Positions 50,630 to 63,559 of a stretch of DNA of 64,000 nucleotides are shown piece by piece. A program made the position numbers and the translations under genes. This DNA is from Vicugna vicugna (Eukaryota). The stretch spans positions 186,001-250,000 of the forward strand of contig MU058844.1 of assembly GCA_013265495.1 (NCBI GenBank), given 5' to 3'. Under the pieces are notes generated by a model, which was not told the origin of the DNA, ran no database searches, and saw only the letters and a list, made by a program, of their open reading frames with translations. Position 1 is the first letter of the stretch, and every line of letters starts with the position of its first letter.

Positions 50630-51060
50630 TTTACTTACTCATTTATTCATTCAACCATTTTTTATTGGGCACCAGCTATTTGTCAGACACTGTTCTAGAT
50701 GTTGCCTATACAATAATGAACGAGGTGGACGATGGCCCAGCCCTAATGGAGATGCAGCAATGAAGGGTAGAGAGTAGACAGGGGGTTAGTCAGGGAAGGC
50801 TTGAGGAGAGCACGTCTGACCAGAACTGATTGGAGTGAGAAAGGAAGTCAGGGGAATATTTGGGGAAAGAGTATTCCAGACAGAGGAGTGAACAAATGCA
50901 AAGGTCCTGAAATGTCTGCATATTCAAGGAAGAAGGCCGGTGAGTGAGGAAAAGAGGAAGAAAAGGAGATGAGAGGAAGCAGGGATCCAGGTCACATAGG
51001 GACTCGCAGGTAATGGCCGACACTTTGGATTTCATGCTTTCAGTGTGATGGGGAGCCTGT
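50630..51060 (-). mobile_element. L2 remnant
   Basis: atttattcattcaacc...ttattgggcacc...ttccagacagaggagtgaacaaatgcaaaggtcctga. Confidence 0.82.
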
Positions 51061-51609
51061 GTCCTTACACCCTTCCCCAACCCCAACAGCCTCTACTGAT
51101 CACTTCTCCTTCTTGTGCACATATCACCTGTACTTTTGTTTGCAACTCAGTCTAGATTCCATGGATTTCACCTCTTATGCATCAGTCCTATTTTCTCAAC
51201 TATGTCTCAAGGGCAAGATTTCTGTCATATTCTTCCCTGCATTCCCAGGGCCTGGCACCCGGTGGTGCTCAACACATCACTTTGGAAGGTGATAATGATG
51301 ATGTAATCCCTTAGAGTCATTTCCAGCTGTAAGATCTATGATTCCTTTGAACTCTCTTGACAAACTAGTTTGCACAATGACTCAGAGGACTGACATCTTC
51401 CTAGATATTATGAGATTACAGTCATGCCACTTTTAGAGCTTATATCCATAAAATGACTGGGATGAATTACATCAGAGTTTTGTTTAAATGAAGACTGCAC
51501 CACTTGGAATAGGGTCCCAATACATGGAACTACTTATTAGTATTTGTACTTTAAGCCACTTGAACCTTAGGAGAGGCATAAATTGCTATTAAAGAAATGC
51601 TATCCTGAT

Positions 51610-52123
51610 GTGACCCCAACATCAGCCACTAAACATGGCTTCAAATTCTTTGCTTCTTCTCCCATTGAAAAGTGGAGGATAATTCCCCTCTTTGAGTCTG
51701 GGTTGGTCTTAGCGACTTACTTGACAAATAAAATGCAGAGGAAGTGGTATTTTGGGACTTATGTGGCTAAGTCGTAAGAAGCCTTGAACATTAAAGTTTC
51801 CACTCACACTTTTTGGGAAAGCTCCCTCTAAAAACCTAGCTGCCATTCTGGGAGTAACCCTAGCACATGAAGAACCACACTGCAGTGCTCAGACCAAGAG
51901 CCCTAGCTGAGCCTCCTGCCAAAAGCTAGCATCAACTCTCAGGCCTCCCAGCCCAGGCACCAGACATCTTAGAAGCAGATCCTCCAGCCCTAGTCACTTC
52001 AACTGACAGCATACAGATCAGAGACAAACCACTCAGCTGAACCCTTTCTGAATCCCCAACCTGCAAACTAAAATGGTTGTTTGAATCAGCCAAGTTTGGA
52101 GGTAGTTTGTTCCACAGCAATAG
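51610..52123 (+). mobile_element. ERVL-MaLR solo LTR (MLT1G-like)
   Basis: aaattctttg...ctcccattgaaaagtggagg...gcagatcctccagccctagtc...aagtttggaggtagtttgttccacagcaataga. Confidence 0.8.
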
Positions 52124-54154
52124 ATTTTTTTTTTATATATTAAAAAAAAAACAAACAAGAATCATCATGGAACATCACTACTCACAGAGTGCCTCTCCCC
52201 CTATCATTAAAAAAAATGACAGATACACACAGTCCAAGGTCTGTCCTATATCCAATGACTGCTCTGCTCAGAGATTCAATTCATAGGACATGAGGAAGAC
52301 AAATTAGGTGACTTTGAACGAGTACCCTGAATCAATCTCACTAATAAGATTGCAGGCCAACAAAAGTCACCTGAAAGTTATCCAGTGCAAAAGCCATAAC
52401 ATACATTTGGATTATACAGGTCACAGAACTATGCTTTTGGGCAAATTACACATATTACAAATTCACTCAGTCATCCTGCAGATAAGAAAACAATTTATTA
52501 CACCACTTAAAAAGCATGGATGAGATTTAAAACAGGAATGGAAAGTACAATTCTATCATAAAGAAAAAAAGATCCAACTTCTAAGCAATGATTGCATGCA
52601 ATACTGAGAATTTGTGAAAATTACTCTCAGTCAGATGCTACCAGAATAGACAACATTCAATTGCAAATGGTCCTCTCCTTTAAAACATCCTTTCATTTGT
52701 ACAAAAAAGTTCTATTATGAAAACAAAAGCTCCTCAAAAAGGAGCATGCATTTTTACTCCCATCAGTATGAATATCACTTCTCCCCAAAAGCAGTCATTT
52801 CAGATCCTGTAAGTGAGAGGCTTCTGGGAAAGCAGCCTGCTCATTTAATACCTCTCAGACTCCTCCCTCTCCCCCACTACCTTCTTCAGGTCGTGTTTGG
52901 CTCTCCAAAACAATATAGAACCATTAAGAGGACCTAAGGAGGGGGCAGGGGGTATCACTAAAAGAACAAATTTTGGTAGTAAATGATTCAGAGCATCAAT
53001 TTTTCACATAAATTACTACTTTGAAATATGTAATCATATTCCATCACTCACATTTTTCATAATATAAATTCACACTCACCATTAATACACACCATTTTAA
53101 AAAATCAACAGAAGAAAATGACTTCTCAAGTAAACACCCTATAAGCTATAGGCATAACAATGTGAAAACGGCAAAATGCTTTTAAGATATCATCTTCCAT
53201 ATTTATATGCACATATTTTCTTGGAAATTAATTCATTTGCAATAACAACAATAAAATCATAACAAAAGGAACCAAGATGTCAATATTTACATCACTGGAA
53301 GCAATATGGGTGCATACATTTTTCAAAAGAGAACTCCAGAATTTAATTAGAGAAAATGTATTAACCTTTGATAAGAATATTTAATGAAAGACTAACGATT
53401 TCTCTCAGAAACTACTCCTTCAGCAGGAGTAAATCATTAACTCAGCATAACACATGTCTGAAAACATGCATTTATATTCCTACACTGCGCTACATTTCTA
53501 AAACTGCTTAAAAGGCACAAGTGGCTGGTAACACCATCAAAAGTAAATATAGTGACATTTAGGTTATGTGGCTCTGACAATAAAATGAAAGTTAAACAGG
53601 AATTTAAAAAATGAAGCAGAAGACATAAATTGTATTTTTTTCACTTAAATCAGACCATGAGCAGCTCCGTGTCTCCTAGCTCTGGGAGCCATTACTTACA
53701 TGTTAAACTCAAAAGAAAAGGGATATGTTCGCCTAAATTAAATAATAAAAGCAAGTCTGGCCAAATGTCAAACCACACGGTACTAAGTTTCTTGCACATT
53801 CTGTATGAAAACAATGGTCTTCTCTATTGCAAAAGCTTAGCTGATGGGGGATACGAACAAAGTAGTTCACCTTTACCACTTCAAAGCTCTAAGGTGTTCT
53901 GTCTGACATGTTCAGGCAGACACCTGTCACCAGAGTACAGAGACCTTATCCTTCCCATCTAAAATGATCCTGCCTCAGGAAAAGATCTGTTAGTAATACA
54001 TGGGTACATAAAAGGAAATCTGTAGTATATAGGAATTTAATCATAATGTTCTTAAGAGTCCTAAATATGGAAAAATTTAATAATCTTAAACATCAAATTA
54101 TTTCATTAGATTAAGTGATTTTTTTCAATTTCATAAACCTTTGTGATTACCTGG

Positions 54155-54950
54155 TGCATGAATGCATCTACTCAAAAAATAATTATTGATGTCTTCTATG
54201 GTACTGTCCTAGTTTCTGGGATGCAGGGAGAACCAGACAGTTTCAGAAGCCTTACTACTCAAGGAGCTTACAGTCTAAGGAAGAGTAACTCACTAGTCAA
54301 GTAGAAACAAGTCCAATCAAGTGCAGAAGATAGTTTCAGATTATGTTAAATGCTACAGAGTCTATAAACAGGATGATATGAAGGAAAGTGACTTGGGAGG
54401 TGTCTAATTTGGACAGACCAGGTAGGTGTCACTGAAGAGGCCAGATATCTAAATTACTAGAAGGAGCTAATTATCAGAGCAAAACTAGGAGCAGGGCACA
54501 CCCGACTGAGGGAAGAGCTGGACAAAGGTCACAAGTAGGCCTGCTGCGGCTGACCCAAGAGGTAACGGAGGCCTGTGTGGCTGGAGCACAGTGAGAGGGA
54601 GGGAGAATATGGGTGGGGTGGGAACAGCCGATCACAGGGGCCCCGTGGCACTGGTGAGGAGCTCCGATTGTATTCTTGGGGCAATGGGAAGCCACTGGAG
54701 AGGGGTTATGCAGAGGCATAACATAATCTGGTTTGTATTTTTGAAAGATAGTTCTGGCTGCTGCGTTGATAATGGATTGTACAGGGAATACATGTGGAGG
54801 CCATTGCAGTAATCTTGGCAAAGGAAGATTAGTAGACAGATTTGGGGAGTATTTCAGAAGGCTTGCTAATGAAGTAGATGTTGGGGAGGAGGGTTAGTGC
54901 AGCAAAAGATGAGAGCAAGGATAAATCCTAGGTTTGGGCGGGAACCACAA
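54155..54950 (-). mobile_element. L2 remnant
   Basis: caaggagcttacagtcta...aatgggaagccactggagagg...acataatctggtttgtatttttgaaagatagttctggctgctg. Confidence 0.85.
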
Positions 54951-55169
54951 GAAGTCAAGATTTCTGTTTAGTTTAGCTCCCTCATTTCTTCCCCAGTTGG
55001 AAAGCTGCAATGAGAATCTGACCTTCTACTTCCTAATCCAGAAGTCTTTTAATTAAGAGTATTACATTGAGATTTCCAGATTAATAATTTCATGTTTTGC
55101 TATTTTGCCACTAATTATTCACACAAAGGCTGATTTCAAGATAAGTGTGCATTAAAAATCAAAAGCATA

Positions 55170-55226
55170 CACAAATTTATCCATGTGACAGAACTTCATA
55201 GAGCTACACATACATACACATTATAG

Positions 55227-55259
<33 letters not shown>

Positions 55260-55450
55260 GAGTACCTGTAAAAACTATCCCAATAAGGTCTGTATTTGAG
55301 TTAATAGAATTGAATCAATGTCAATTTCTTGGTTTTGACAACGAACCCTGGCTATGTAAGATATCTTTGTTGACGGGAACTGAGTGAAGGGTACCTGGGA
55401 ACTGTTTGTAGTATTTTGTCTTAAATTATTTCAAAGTAAAAATTTTATTT
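55170..55450 (+). mobile_element. LINE-1 3' fragment (L1MD-like) containing a (CA)n tract at about 55226-55259
   Basis: caatgtcaatttcttggttttga...gggaactgagtgaagggtac...aattatttcaaagtaaaa. Confidence 0.75.
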
Positions 55451-55624
55451 TTAAAATCTTGTCTAAGAACACAGAACTAGTAGGAAACAGGCAATATTTT
55501 GAGCCTAGATCAACTGATTTCTAGTTCTTTTGACTATATTCTCAATTACTCAATTATTCTTTAAATTAAAAGATCTTTAGGGGGGAAAAAAGCAATACTT
55601 AGCTGGCACCTGTTTTCTCACTTT

Positions 55625-56107
55625 GGTAGGGAAGGAAATTTTTTTTTCCTCCTTCCTCTCTAGGTCCTGTGGCTGGTCTAATAATTAAATTGACCTGAGA
55701 CGGATTAACAGGAGAAAAAGCAATTTCATTTCATATGTACCAGAGCCCCATAAAAATGTGAGACCCAAGGGTGAATAGGGAGACTGAGGCTCATACACCA
55801 TCCTCAGCTAAGGAATTGGACAGGAGTCTGGGGCTTCAAAGGGGAGGACAGTAATTCACACGACAAGAAGAAGATCAGGTATTTGGTAATTAGATATTTG
55901 TTCTTCCATACAGATAGGTCATTCAGATAAAAAGTTCTCTCTGGTAACAGCTCACTGTCTGGGCCAGGCCCCCTTTCTAAATTCTTTTAGACAGTTAAGG
56001 GAGAGGTAAAAGTTCTTCGTGAGTCTGCTGGGTCTTGACTGCCTTCAGCTCAAAACCATCTACATGTCAAAGTGGCACACTGGGGTGGCTGATTCTGCTT
56101 GCCTTCA
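55625..56107 (-). mobile_element. Class I (ERV1-type) solo LTR, MER34/MER39-like
   Basis: The - strand starts TGAAGGCAAGCAGAATCAGCCACCCC and ends ttctcctgttaatccgtctcaggtcaatttaattattagaccagcc...ttccctacc. 4-bp TSD cttt at 55621-55624 and 56108-56111. Confidence 0.82.
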
Positions 56108-57275
56108 CTTTCTAAAGAGAAACTGTCTTTTAGTCACTTTTGAAGGTAGTAAGATTCTTGGGCTGCTTTTGCTTCTCCTGCCCTCAAGAACACAGTCAGC
56201 CCAAAGCAACCTTGGAGCCAATATTTGCATTTAGCTGGCTCTGGAGTCTATAGCAGGTGTGAAATGCTGTTCTAAAACAATTTAAATGTCTATGCTTTCC
56301 TTTCCTGAGTGAGTTGAACAAAACAACGAAAATGATTTAAGCCATTTGTGGAATGAACCAGAATGGAGCTTACCAATCCTGAATGGCCCAGAGTGCGGGA
56401 AAACCTGTGGCCTTGGGTTGGGTGATTTTATCCTATTTGTCCAGGGCCACTGCTCCCAGAGCCCTGCAGAGAACCATCAATAATGTCAAAGACCAACAGC
56501 TCCCATTCACAGGCTACCATAGCACCTGTCGGGTGCACTGGCCTGAAAAGAGCTGTGGCTTTTCTGTTTGCTTGTTTGTTTTGTAGGGTGTCAAGGAAGT
56601 GGGGAAGGAATGGTGGGACAGTGTGAACAAGACTCTAGGAAATCTGGTGGCAAGAAGACCCTGAAAATAAGCCAAGAACAGGTGGAGATGCTTCCCCCTC
56701 ACAAGGAAAACTGGAGAGTCATGTCAGGTAGAGCCACAGTCAGGCACCACCTGGAATGTGGGATTCTCAATTCCCTCAAAGCCTACACCAACAGGACCTA
56801 GCAGGAGCAGCAACCTGAAGACAACCCAGGATGGATTTTCTTAGTTAAGATGAGAAATGGAATGAAAGTCTCTAATCTCAACTAAAATCTGGGGAAATAT
56901 GCAAGAAGGGAGCAGTTAATGAACAGTCAGCCCTGGAAGATGGGAATTGGAGTGATGTTTTTCTCTCTCTCTAGGGCAATTTTCTCACACTCAAGGCTCC
57001 ATTGGTATTTCTTTGTAGGCTGCTGTTAAATGTTCAGAATTTCACGTGCATATAACCTCTCTCTTGCCATACAGACTATAGACTCCTTACTCTACCTTCT
57101 ATTTCTGACGAAATCTTTTTAATGCCTTTTGGAGCCCCCAGCACTCTGAGAACACTCTAAATGTACTGTTAATAAATGCCTTGGGGGTTGAGAAACCTAA
57201 TACAGCCACTCTTCTGAATAACAGAAATAGCACAATGACTATCTTGCGGAATGGGGAATGGGAAGAAATTCTTAC

Positions 57276-57328
57276 CCTTGCTTGGCATTACTTGTCAAGA
57301 GGCTTGAGTTTCAATGATAATTAATTTC
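57276..57328 (-). other. Candidate 53-nt exon (non-coding or start-codon-bearing)
   Basis: The - strand reads gtctttgttttcatctcctttgtag|GAAATT...GTAATGCCAAGCAAGG|gtaaga. There are stops in all three frames before an ATG CCA AGC AAG. Confidence 0.35.
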
Positions 57329-57889
57329 CTACAAAGGAGATGAAAACAAAGACAAGGTGGGGGGATTGCAAAAATACACAAAATACCTAATGAATGGGAA
57401 CAAAAGGCAAATGATCATGACCACAAACCTTGCTCAACTCTTTGTATTTAAATGCTAATATTATCTCATTGTCCCAATACTTAAAAACCTTGAGACTAAA
57501 CCATGACTGAGTATACAGGATAAACTGAAATTAAATCCTTGTGTGAAGGTGCAGAGCACAAAGGAGTTTTCATCTGTTTGGTTTACCTAATTCTTTTTCT
57601 TTTATGTACAATTTTAGAAATGAAAGGAAAGGCTCAATGGCCCTGGTATGACAAATCTCTTCTGGCAAAATTTAATTCAACAGAAATGGCAAAGATAATG
57701 ACATACTTTCACAGGAAAAGTTTGCCCTAAAGAAAGGCCTCTCCAGTTTTGACTCTCAAAACAATTTTAGAACAAGCATTAGCTTTAATCCAGCCCTCCA
57801 GTAAGCACCGAGGAAAGAAAAGTAAACAAAGCTGATTCCTGTCATGCAAAGCTATTTTCCGGCTTTTCTCCCTCTTTATTCGAAGAATG

Positions 57890-58105
57890 GATAGAACTTC
57901 TCTATGAAGGCCCAAAGAATAAATGCTTTTTAGGCTTCATGGGCCACAGGGTCTCTGCTGCAACTACTCAGCTCTGCCGGCATGGTGTGAAAGCAGCCAC
58001 AGATGACATGTAAACAAATGAGCATGGCTGTGTTCCAATAAAACTTTATTTACAGACACTAAATTTGAATTTCATATAATTTTCACATGTCATAAAATAT
58101 TATTG

Positions 58106-58147
<42 letters not shown>

Positions 58148-58230
58148 CGTTTAATTCTTTAAAAATGGAGAAACCATTCCTAGCTCACAGGCCATGCAAA
58201 ACACGTAGAGGACCGAATTTGGCTCACAAG
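57890..58230. mobile_element. hAT-Charlie element (MER58B-like)
   Basis: gggccacagggtctctgctgcaactactcagctctgcc...gaaagcagccacaga...ggctgtgttccaataaaactttatttac. Confidence 0.88.
58106..58147. repeat. (GTT)n microsatellite, about 13-14 units
   Basis: Read directly; it produces the spurious poly-Leu ORF 58105..58308. Confidence 0.96.
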
Positions 58231-59243
58231 CATTTGACCAAAGGCAAGGTGGCAACAAAAAGCCAAAATGATCTTAGAAAGTGTTCAGCTTGTTTCTCAA
58301 AGGAGTAGGCTGCTGGGGAAGGAAAGAAGAAGGGAGCAGAAGGTGAATAAAAGAGGAAGAAGGGATGCCCATGAGAAATTAGAAGACTGCAGCCTTAGGG
58401 AGAAGAACCCAAGCAGAAGACGTGAAAGCTGGGGGGAAGGAGGGTAGTGGGTGTGGGTAACAGAAAGAAGTAGGAGGCCAAATCTCTAGGGCATTTGCAG
58501 GAAGTGAAAGTGCAAATGGGAGGCCAGCTAATGACTAGCCCAGGGGATGGACAGTAGATTAAACTGTAAGGAAGGTGAACATCATAAACATGCAGGTTAA
58601 TAAAGGAACCCAGAACTTAAGAACCAAGGGTACTTACTATGTGCATAAAATTATCCTCTGAGCAGGTAGGGCAGTTCTGCTGTCAGAAGTCTACCGGGGT
58701 GTGTGCATGTTGGAGGGGGTGATTTTCATTTTGCTTTTATTTTGTACAGCGTTTCTAGGAATATCAGTTCAAAGGGGCCAATTCTGAAAGCCTTAAGTCT
58801 GCAGTCTTTGAATTCCCCTCATCTTTAAAATGATTTGATTTGACACTGGGCAGAGCTGGGCTTCCAGGGTTCTGACTGCTGTACCCACAACTATGCCTGA
58901 CCTGTACCTCCCCAAAGGGAATTTTCAGCAGTGAAGAAGTTAATGAACACCCTCCCATGTGAGATTGTATTATTACAACAGTTACTAATAATGCTGATAA
59001 AACGGATTAATACCCAGACAGATAGGTCAGAACTTATGCTGCACAGAGACCAGAACAAACTCTGTTTTAAGTTTGGTAAAATAAATGGCTAATGGCTGAT
59101 ATTCAGCAAACACTAAATAGAGACCGCTAGGAAATGCCAAAGAATCACTTTCATCAAGGGTCAAGGACTAAAGACCTATTACCTGCTGACTAGCCAGGAA
59201 AAGCTGAAAAATAAGATAAAGTTAAAAAAAAAAGCAATAATAG

Positions 59244-59746
59244 TGTTATGAGTTGAATTGTCTCCCCAAAATTTGTATGTTGAAGCCCTAAGCCCCCTAG
59301 GATTGTGATTGTATTTGGAGTCTGTAAAGAAGCAATCAAGTTACTTTATTTATTCATTTAGGAGGAGGTACTGGGGACTGAACCCAGGACCTTGTGCATG
59401 CTTAGTATGCACTCTACCACTTGAGCTATATACCCTTCCCCCCAAAAGCAATCAAGTTAAAATAAGACCATTAGGGTGGCCCTAATCCAACCTGACAGGT
59501 ATCCTTGTAAAAGGAGGAAATTAGGACACATGGAGAGACACCATGGATGCACACACAGAGGGATGACCATGTGAAGAGGCAGCAGGAGGGTGGTCATCTG
59601 CAAGCCAAGGAGGCCTCAGAAGAAACCAAACCCACCAACAGCTTGATCTTGGACTTTCAGCCTGCAGAAACGTGAGAAATAAATTTCTGTTGTTTAAACT
59701 ACCTAGTCTGGGCATTTTGTTATGTCAACTCTAGCAAACAAATACA
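59244..59746 (+). mobile_element. ERVL-MaLR solo LTR (MLT1A/A0-like)
   Basis: TGTTATGAGTTGAATTGT start; ttagggtggccctaatccaa; ttgatcttggactttcagcct; aataaatttctgttgtttaa; AATACA end. Perfect 5-bp TSD aatag at 59239-59243 and 59747-59751. Confidence 0.92.
59344..59445 (-). mobile_element. tRNA-Ala-derived camelid-type SINE (vic-1-like) inside the MLT1A LTR
   Basis: The - strand reads ggggaagggtatatagctcaagtggtagagtgcatactaagcatgcacaaggtcctgggttcagtccccagtacctcc. 14-bp TSD aagcaatcaagtta at 59330-59343 and 59446-59459. Confidence 0.92.
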
Positions 59747-59804
59747 AATAGTTACGATGCCTAGAGATTAAGAGGAAGGTGAGGGGAACAAATAAGGCCA
59801 CCAC

Positions 59805-60450
59805 AGATTCACTCAACCAACATTCACTGGCCCCACAAGGTATAGAGCAATGTGCTAGGTTCTGAGTGTATAAGGATGAAAAACTAAGTTCTTGCCCTCA
59901 TTGAACTCATAGTCAGCTTGAGGACAAAATTCTAACATAGGATGGTTGTGCCACCACAAAAATACACCCCAAGTGCTTTGGAACCCCGAAAAGGAGTTTC
60001 TCAGCCAACCAGGAAGGGGTTTCTTCAAGAAAGAGATGATGTCCGGACTAAGTGTTTCAAGCAATCAATCGATCAATCAAAACAAAAACCTCTCTTTCTT
60101 CTGATTGTTTGAGTAGTAGAATATATAGGAATATATTTTTGAACTGGAGAAAATAAATATCATTGAGGAAAAGAAGGGATTCTGATGTGTGAGATAAGGG
60201 GTTGTATTTTGGCCACATTGAGTTAAGGTACAGAGTGCCGACCTGCAGCTATCCAGTCGTGCTGGAGACAGATTTAGAAGCAGTTCTCTTTGAGATGGTC
60301 ATGAAGTCAGAGGTACAGATGGGCTTTGCCCAAGAAGAATGGTGCCAGTGAGAAGATAAGAAGGATTTGGCAGAACTCGGGTGAAGACGAGCATTTAACA
60401 GGTAAACAGAGTAAGAAGCTTAGAAATAGTAAATGACGATACAGGAGGAA
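59805..60450 (-). mobile_element. L2 remnants
   Basis: attcactcaaccaacatt...cttgccctcattgaactcatagtc; gtattttggccacattgagtt. Confidence 0.65.
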
Positions 60451-60559
60451 AACCATGACATTTACTGGGCTCACAATAAGTGCCCAATAAATGTGAGTCA
60501 CTATTAGATTAAATTCAACAGACATAGCCTGTACATCAACCATACCCCCTGTGTATCCA

Positions 60560-61630
60560 GTCTTGGTGCATTTCAGTAACTGCAAACCAGAAACCTGGGC
60601 ATCATCCCAGAATCCTCTTTCTTCCTCAGCCTAGAGTCCAGTCAGGCAATGAGTCCTTCCAACCCAGTGCTTCTCAATCTTGTTTTCATTATTCTTTCCC
60701 TAAGACTTTTAAGACATTTTTTCCTAACTGCATCCCTCCCATGAAATTTTAACACCATGGATAACTGGGTATCTATTTATTACCATGGCCCTTTTGAAGA
60801 CCACAAGCCACGGTTAATAGCTAAGATTTTTTTATACCCCGCCTCAACCAGTTTTTGCCCCCTTGGGACCATTTCCTCCCATTGAGAGCCTATGTACTAG
60901 TCCTTCCTCTTATACCCCTCTCAAGCCTATTTTCCTTTTCCCGATCCTCAGTGCCAGTGCCTTGTCCTCTGGACAATTTTCACCTGGATATTCCAACAGC
61001 TTTCTAACTGTGCCCCCTAACCATATGCCACCAGAGTGGGCTTTCTACATGCAAGTCTGTTCATGTCAATCCTTTTATCAGAATTCATCAGTTATCCTCC
61101 ACCCCCTGTTGGACTTTTACGTGGCACTCAAGGCCCCTGCTGAGCAGTCCTGGGCCTGAAACCCGTCTTGGCTGTCACCACCTCATCCCTCCCCACTAGG
61201 CACCAGGCGCACACAAGGTACAGCCATCGCCCCTGGGCCTTGGCACCTTTTGTTACCTCTGCCCAGAATGCCCTTTCCCTTAGCCTGCCTAGTGAACTCC
61301 TACCTACCCTTCAACACTCAACATAATAAAGTATACATGCACCCTTTAAAGCCGCCCCCAATTCTGTTTTACTGTAGGCTCAGTAGGAATGCCACTGTCC
61401 CTTTCACCTATCTCTGTGTCACAACTCTTCAGTTACCTCTGATGATAACAACAACTAACATTCAACTCACGTTCACTGAACGTTTAATACATGCCAGGCT
61501 CTGTTCTAAGCACTATACATGTATCATCTCATTTGTCTGAAGCACCTTGAGGGCAGGGATTATATCTTAATTTCTGTACTGTTTAACTCCTGGAACATAC
61601 CAGATATTCAATAAATGCTTGCTGAAATAA
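60560..61630 (+). mobile_element. L2 remnant with a hAT-Charlie-like MITE (about 60665-60897) and a MIR fragment (about 61445-61535) inserted
   Basis: L2 motifs aaccagaaacctgggcatcatcc and ccttgagggcagggatt...attcaataaatgcttgctgaa. The MITE starts cagtgcttctcaat and ends attgagagcctatg. Confidence 0.7.
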
Positions 61631-62711
61631 TGCAGGAAACAAAGTTTTGGAGTTTCTCTTACCTGCTCTTTTCTCTGACTTGCACAGCCCCTCCTACAAT
61701 GGTTTATGGTACTTACCCTGGTAATAAGGAGTCAGCAGGGATGGGACATGACTATTCTGCCAAAGGTTTTAACAGTTTCTTCTAAACACACGCAATGATT
61801 TACTGAAAAAAGTTATTAGGAATGCCTTCCCAAGTACAAGAGGGGAAAAATCTAATCTACAATCCAGAACACTCACATATTTACAAATCTGGTCAATTTG
61901 AAGGATATAAATATATCTTAAAATGCCATAGGCAAAGAGTCTAACAGTTTGGGAAAAACAATGAAAAGATTTAGAAATATAATATTTAAAAGCATACAAA
62001 CAAGAGACTGAAAAAAATCAGGTTATATAATAACCTAGTGAACCACTTTGAAATAAAATACTCACAAAAAGATAAACAGAAAAATACTTTAAACAGTAGA
62101 GTGAAAACTCCTCCTCATAGTTCCTTAAGGGTCATTGGAGAAGGTCATTTAAGTCCAGCGCTCCCCTCTCCCACCCTCTGCTAACTGAAATAGCAACCAG
62201 ACTTAATAGTAATTCGAAAAGGCGACTTCAAGTTGATTCAGAAAGTTTTACTTTCTGAAAAAAAAATATTTTTTATACACACACATATAATCTGAATTTT
62301 ATCCTTTATTTGGCATCACATGACTTTAAGCGTTAGTATCAAGTAAATAATAACTTTCTAGGAACAACTAGAGTTCAGAAAGAAAATTTCTAAACAAAAA
62401 TCTCCTATGGTAAAAATGCAAATACTGCATTTCACTACCCATTTATTATAAACCGTGGTTATCTCTAGGCAATAAGATTATGTGTAATTTCCATTTTTTT
62501 AGTATCTTTCTAGAACCTTTTTTTAAACAAGAAATATGTGTTGCTTTTATATTCAGAAAAGAAAAAGAGCTATTTTCACTTTCAAAAATGTATTTTTTGT
62601 TGTTTAACAACATTAAATAACAACATTTGTTATTAATTTACAAGTCACTTGCCTGTATGGCAGCTAATTTTCCACTTACGGTAAGAAATACACATATTTT
62701 AAACCACTACC

Positions 62712-63189
62712 TCTGGTAAGTACTATAAGGCCCCAAAATGATCAGACACATCTCCCAAGGAAATGTGAGGTCTCTACTCCTCTCTTCGAATCTGAGCTTT
62801 GGGGACAGCCTAACTGAAACAACACAGTGAAAGTTAATGCTTTGCCAGTGTTGGGATCCAGGACCTAAGAATCCAGCAGCTTCCACTTCCTACCTTTTGA
62901 AACTCAACCACCATACTGTGAGGAAACCCCAGCCACCTACAGAAAGGCCTATGTGGAGAGAAACCAACAAGCAGCACCAATTCACCAGAAATGTGAATTT
63001 CCCACCCATCTGGGAAGTGGTTCCTCCAGCCCCAGTTAAACGACCCCAACTAGCACCAAGAGGAGCAGAAATGAGCTGTCCCTTCTGAGGCCCACCCATA
63101 TTACACATTCATAAGTAAAATACATGACTACTATTTTAAACCAGTAAGTTTTGGAGTAGCTTGTTACACAACAAAAGATAAGCAGAATA
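62712..63189 (+). mobile_element. ERVL-MaLR solo LTR (MLT1H-like)
   Basis: gcagcttccacttcctaccttttgaa...catctgggaagtggttcctccagccccagt...ttttaaaccagtaagttttggagtagcttgttac. Confidence 0.82.
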
Positions 63190-63559
63190 TCATGTTTTAT
63201 GTATTTGCCTTCACCTTTTCCCAATTACAACTTAAACTCTGAGGGTATGACTCTGCCTGTACATTCATCTTTATAGTCATTCCTTCATTCATTCAATAAA
63301 CATGTGAGGATAAACATGTGTCTAGCACTATACTGGATAGGTTCTGCAGGTACAGAGATAAAAATGGTCTCTACCTTAGAGAACATTATGTTCTATTTTC
63401 AAAAAAAGAAAAAAAATAGACAAAGACAATCACAGAGCCTTAGCAGAACAGCCAGCAATGGTAGATACTCAATAAATGTTGCGTAAGGAATGAATGAATA
63501 AATCAGGTTCTAAGAATGACATTGGGAATCATGTACTATCATCCTTTTACTGATGAGGT

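Noticed and set aside
58105..58308. Poly-leucine signal-peptide-like ORF
   Set aside because: It is created by a (GTT)n microsatellite inside MER58B.
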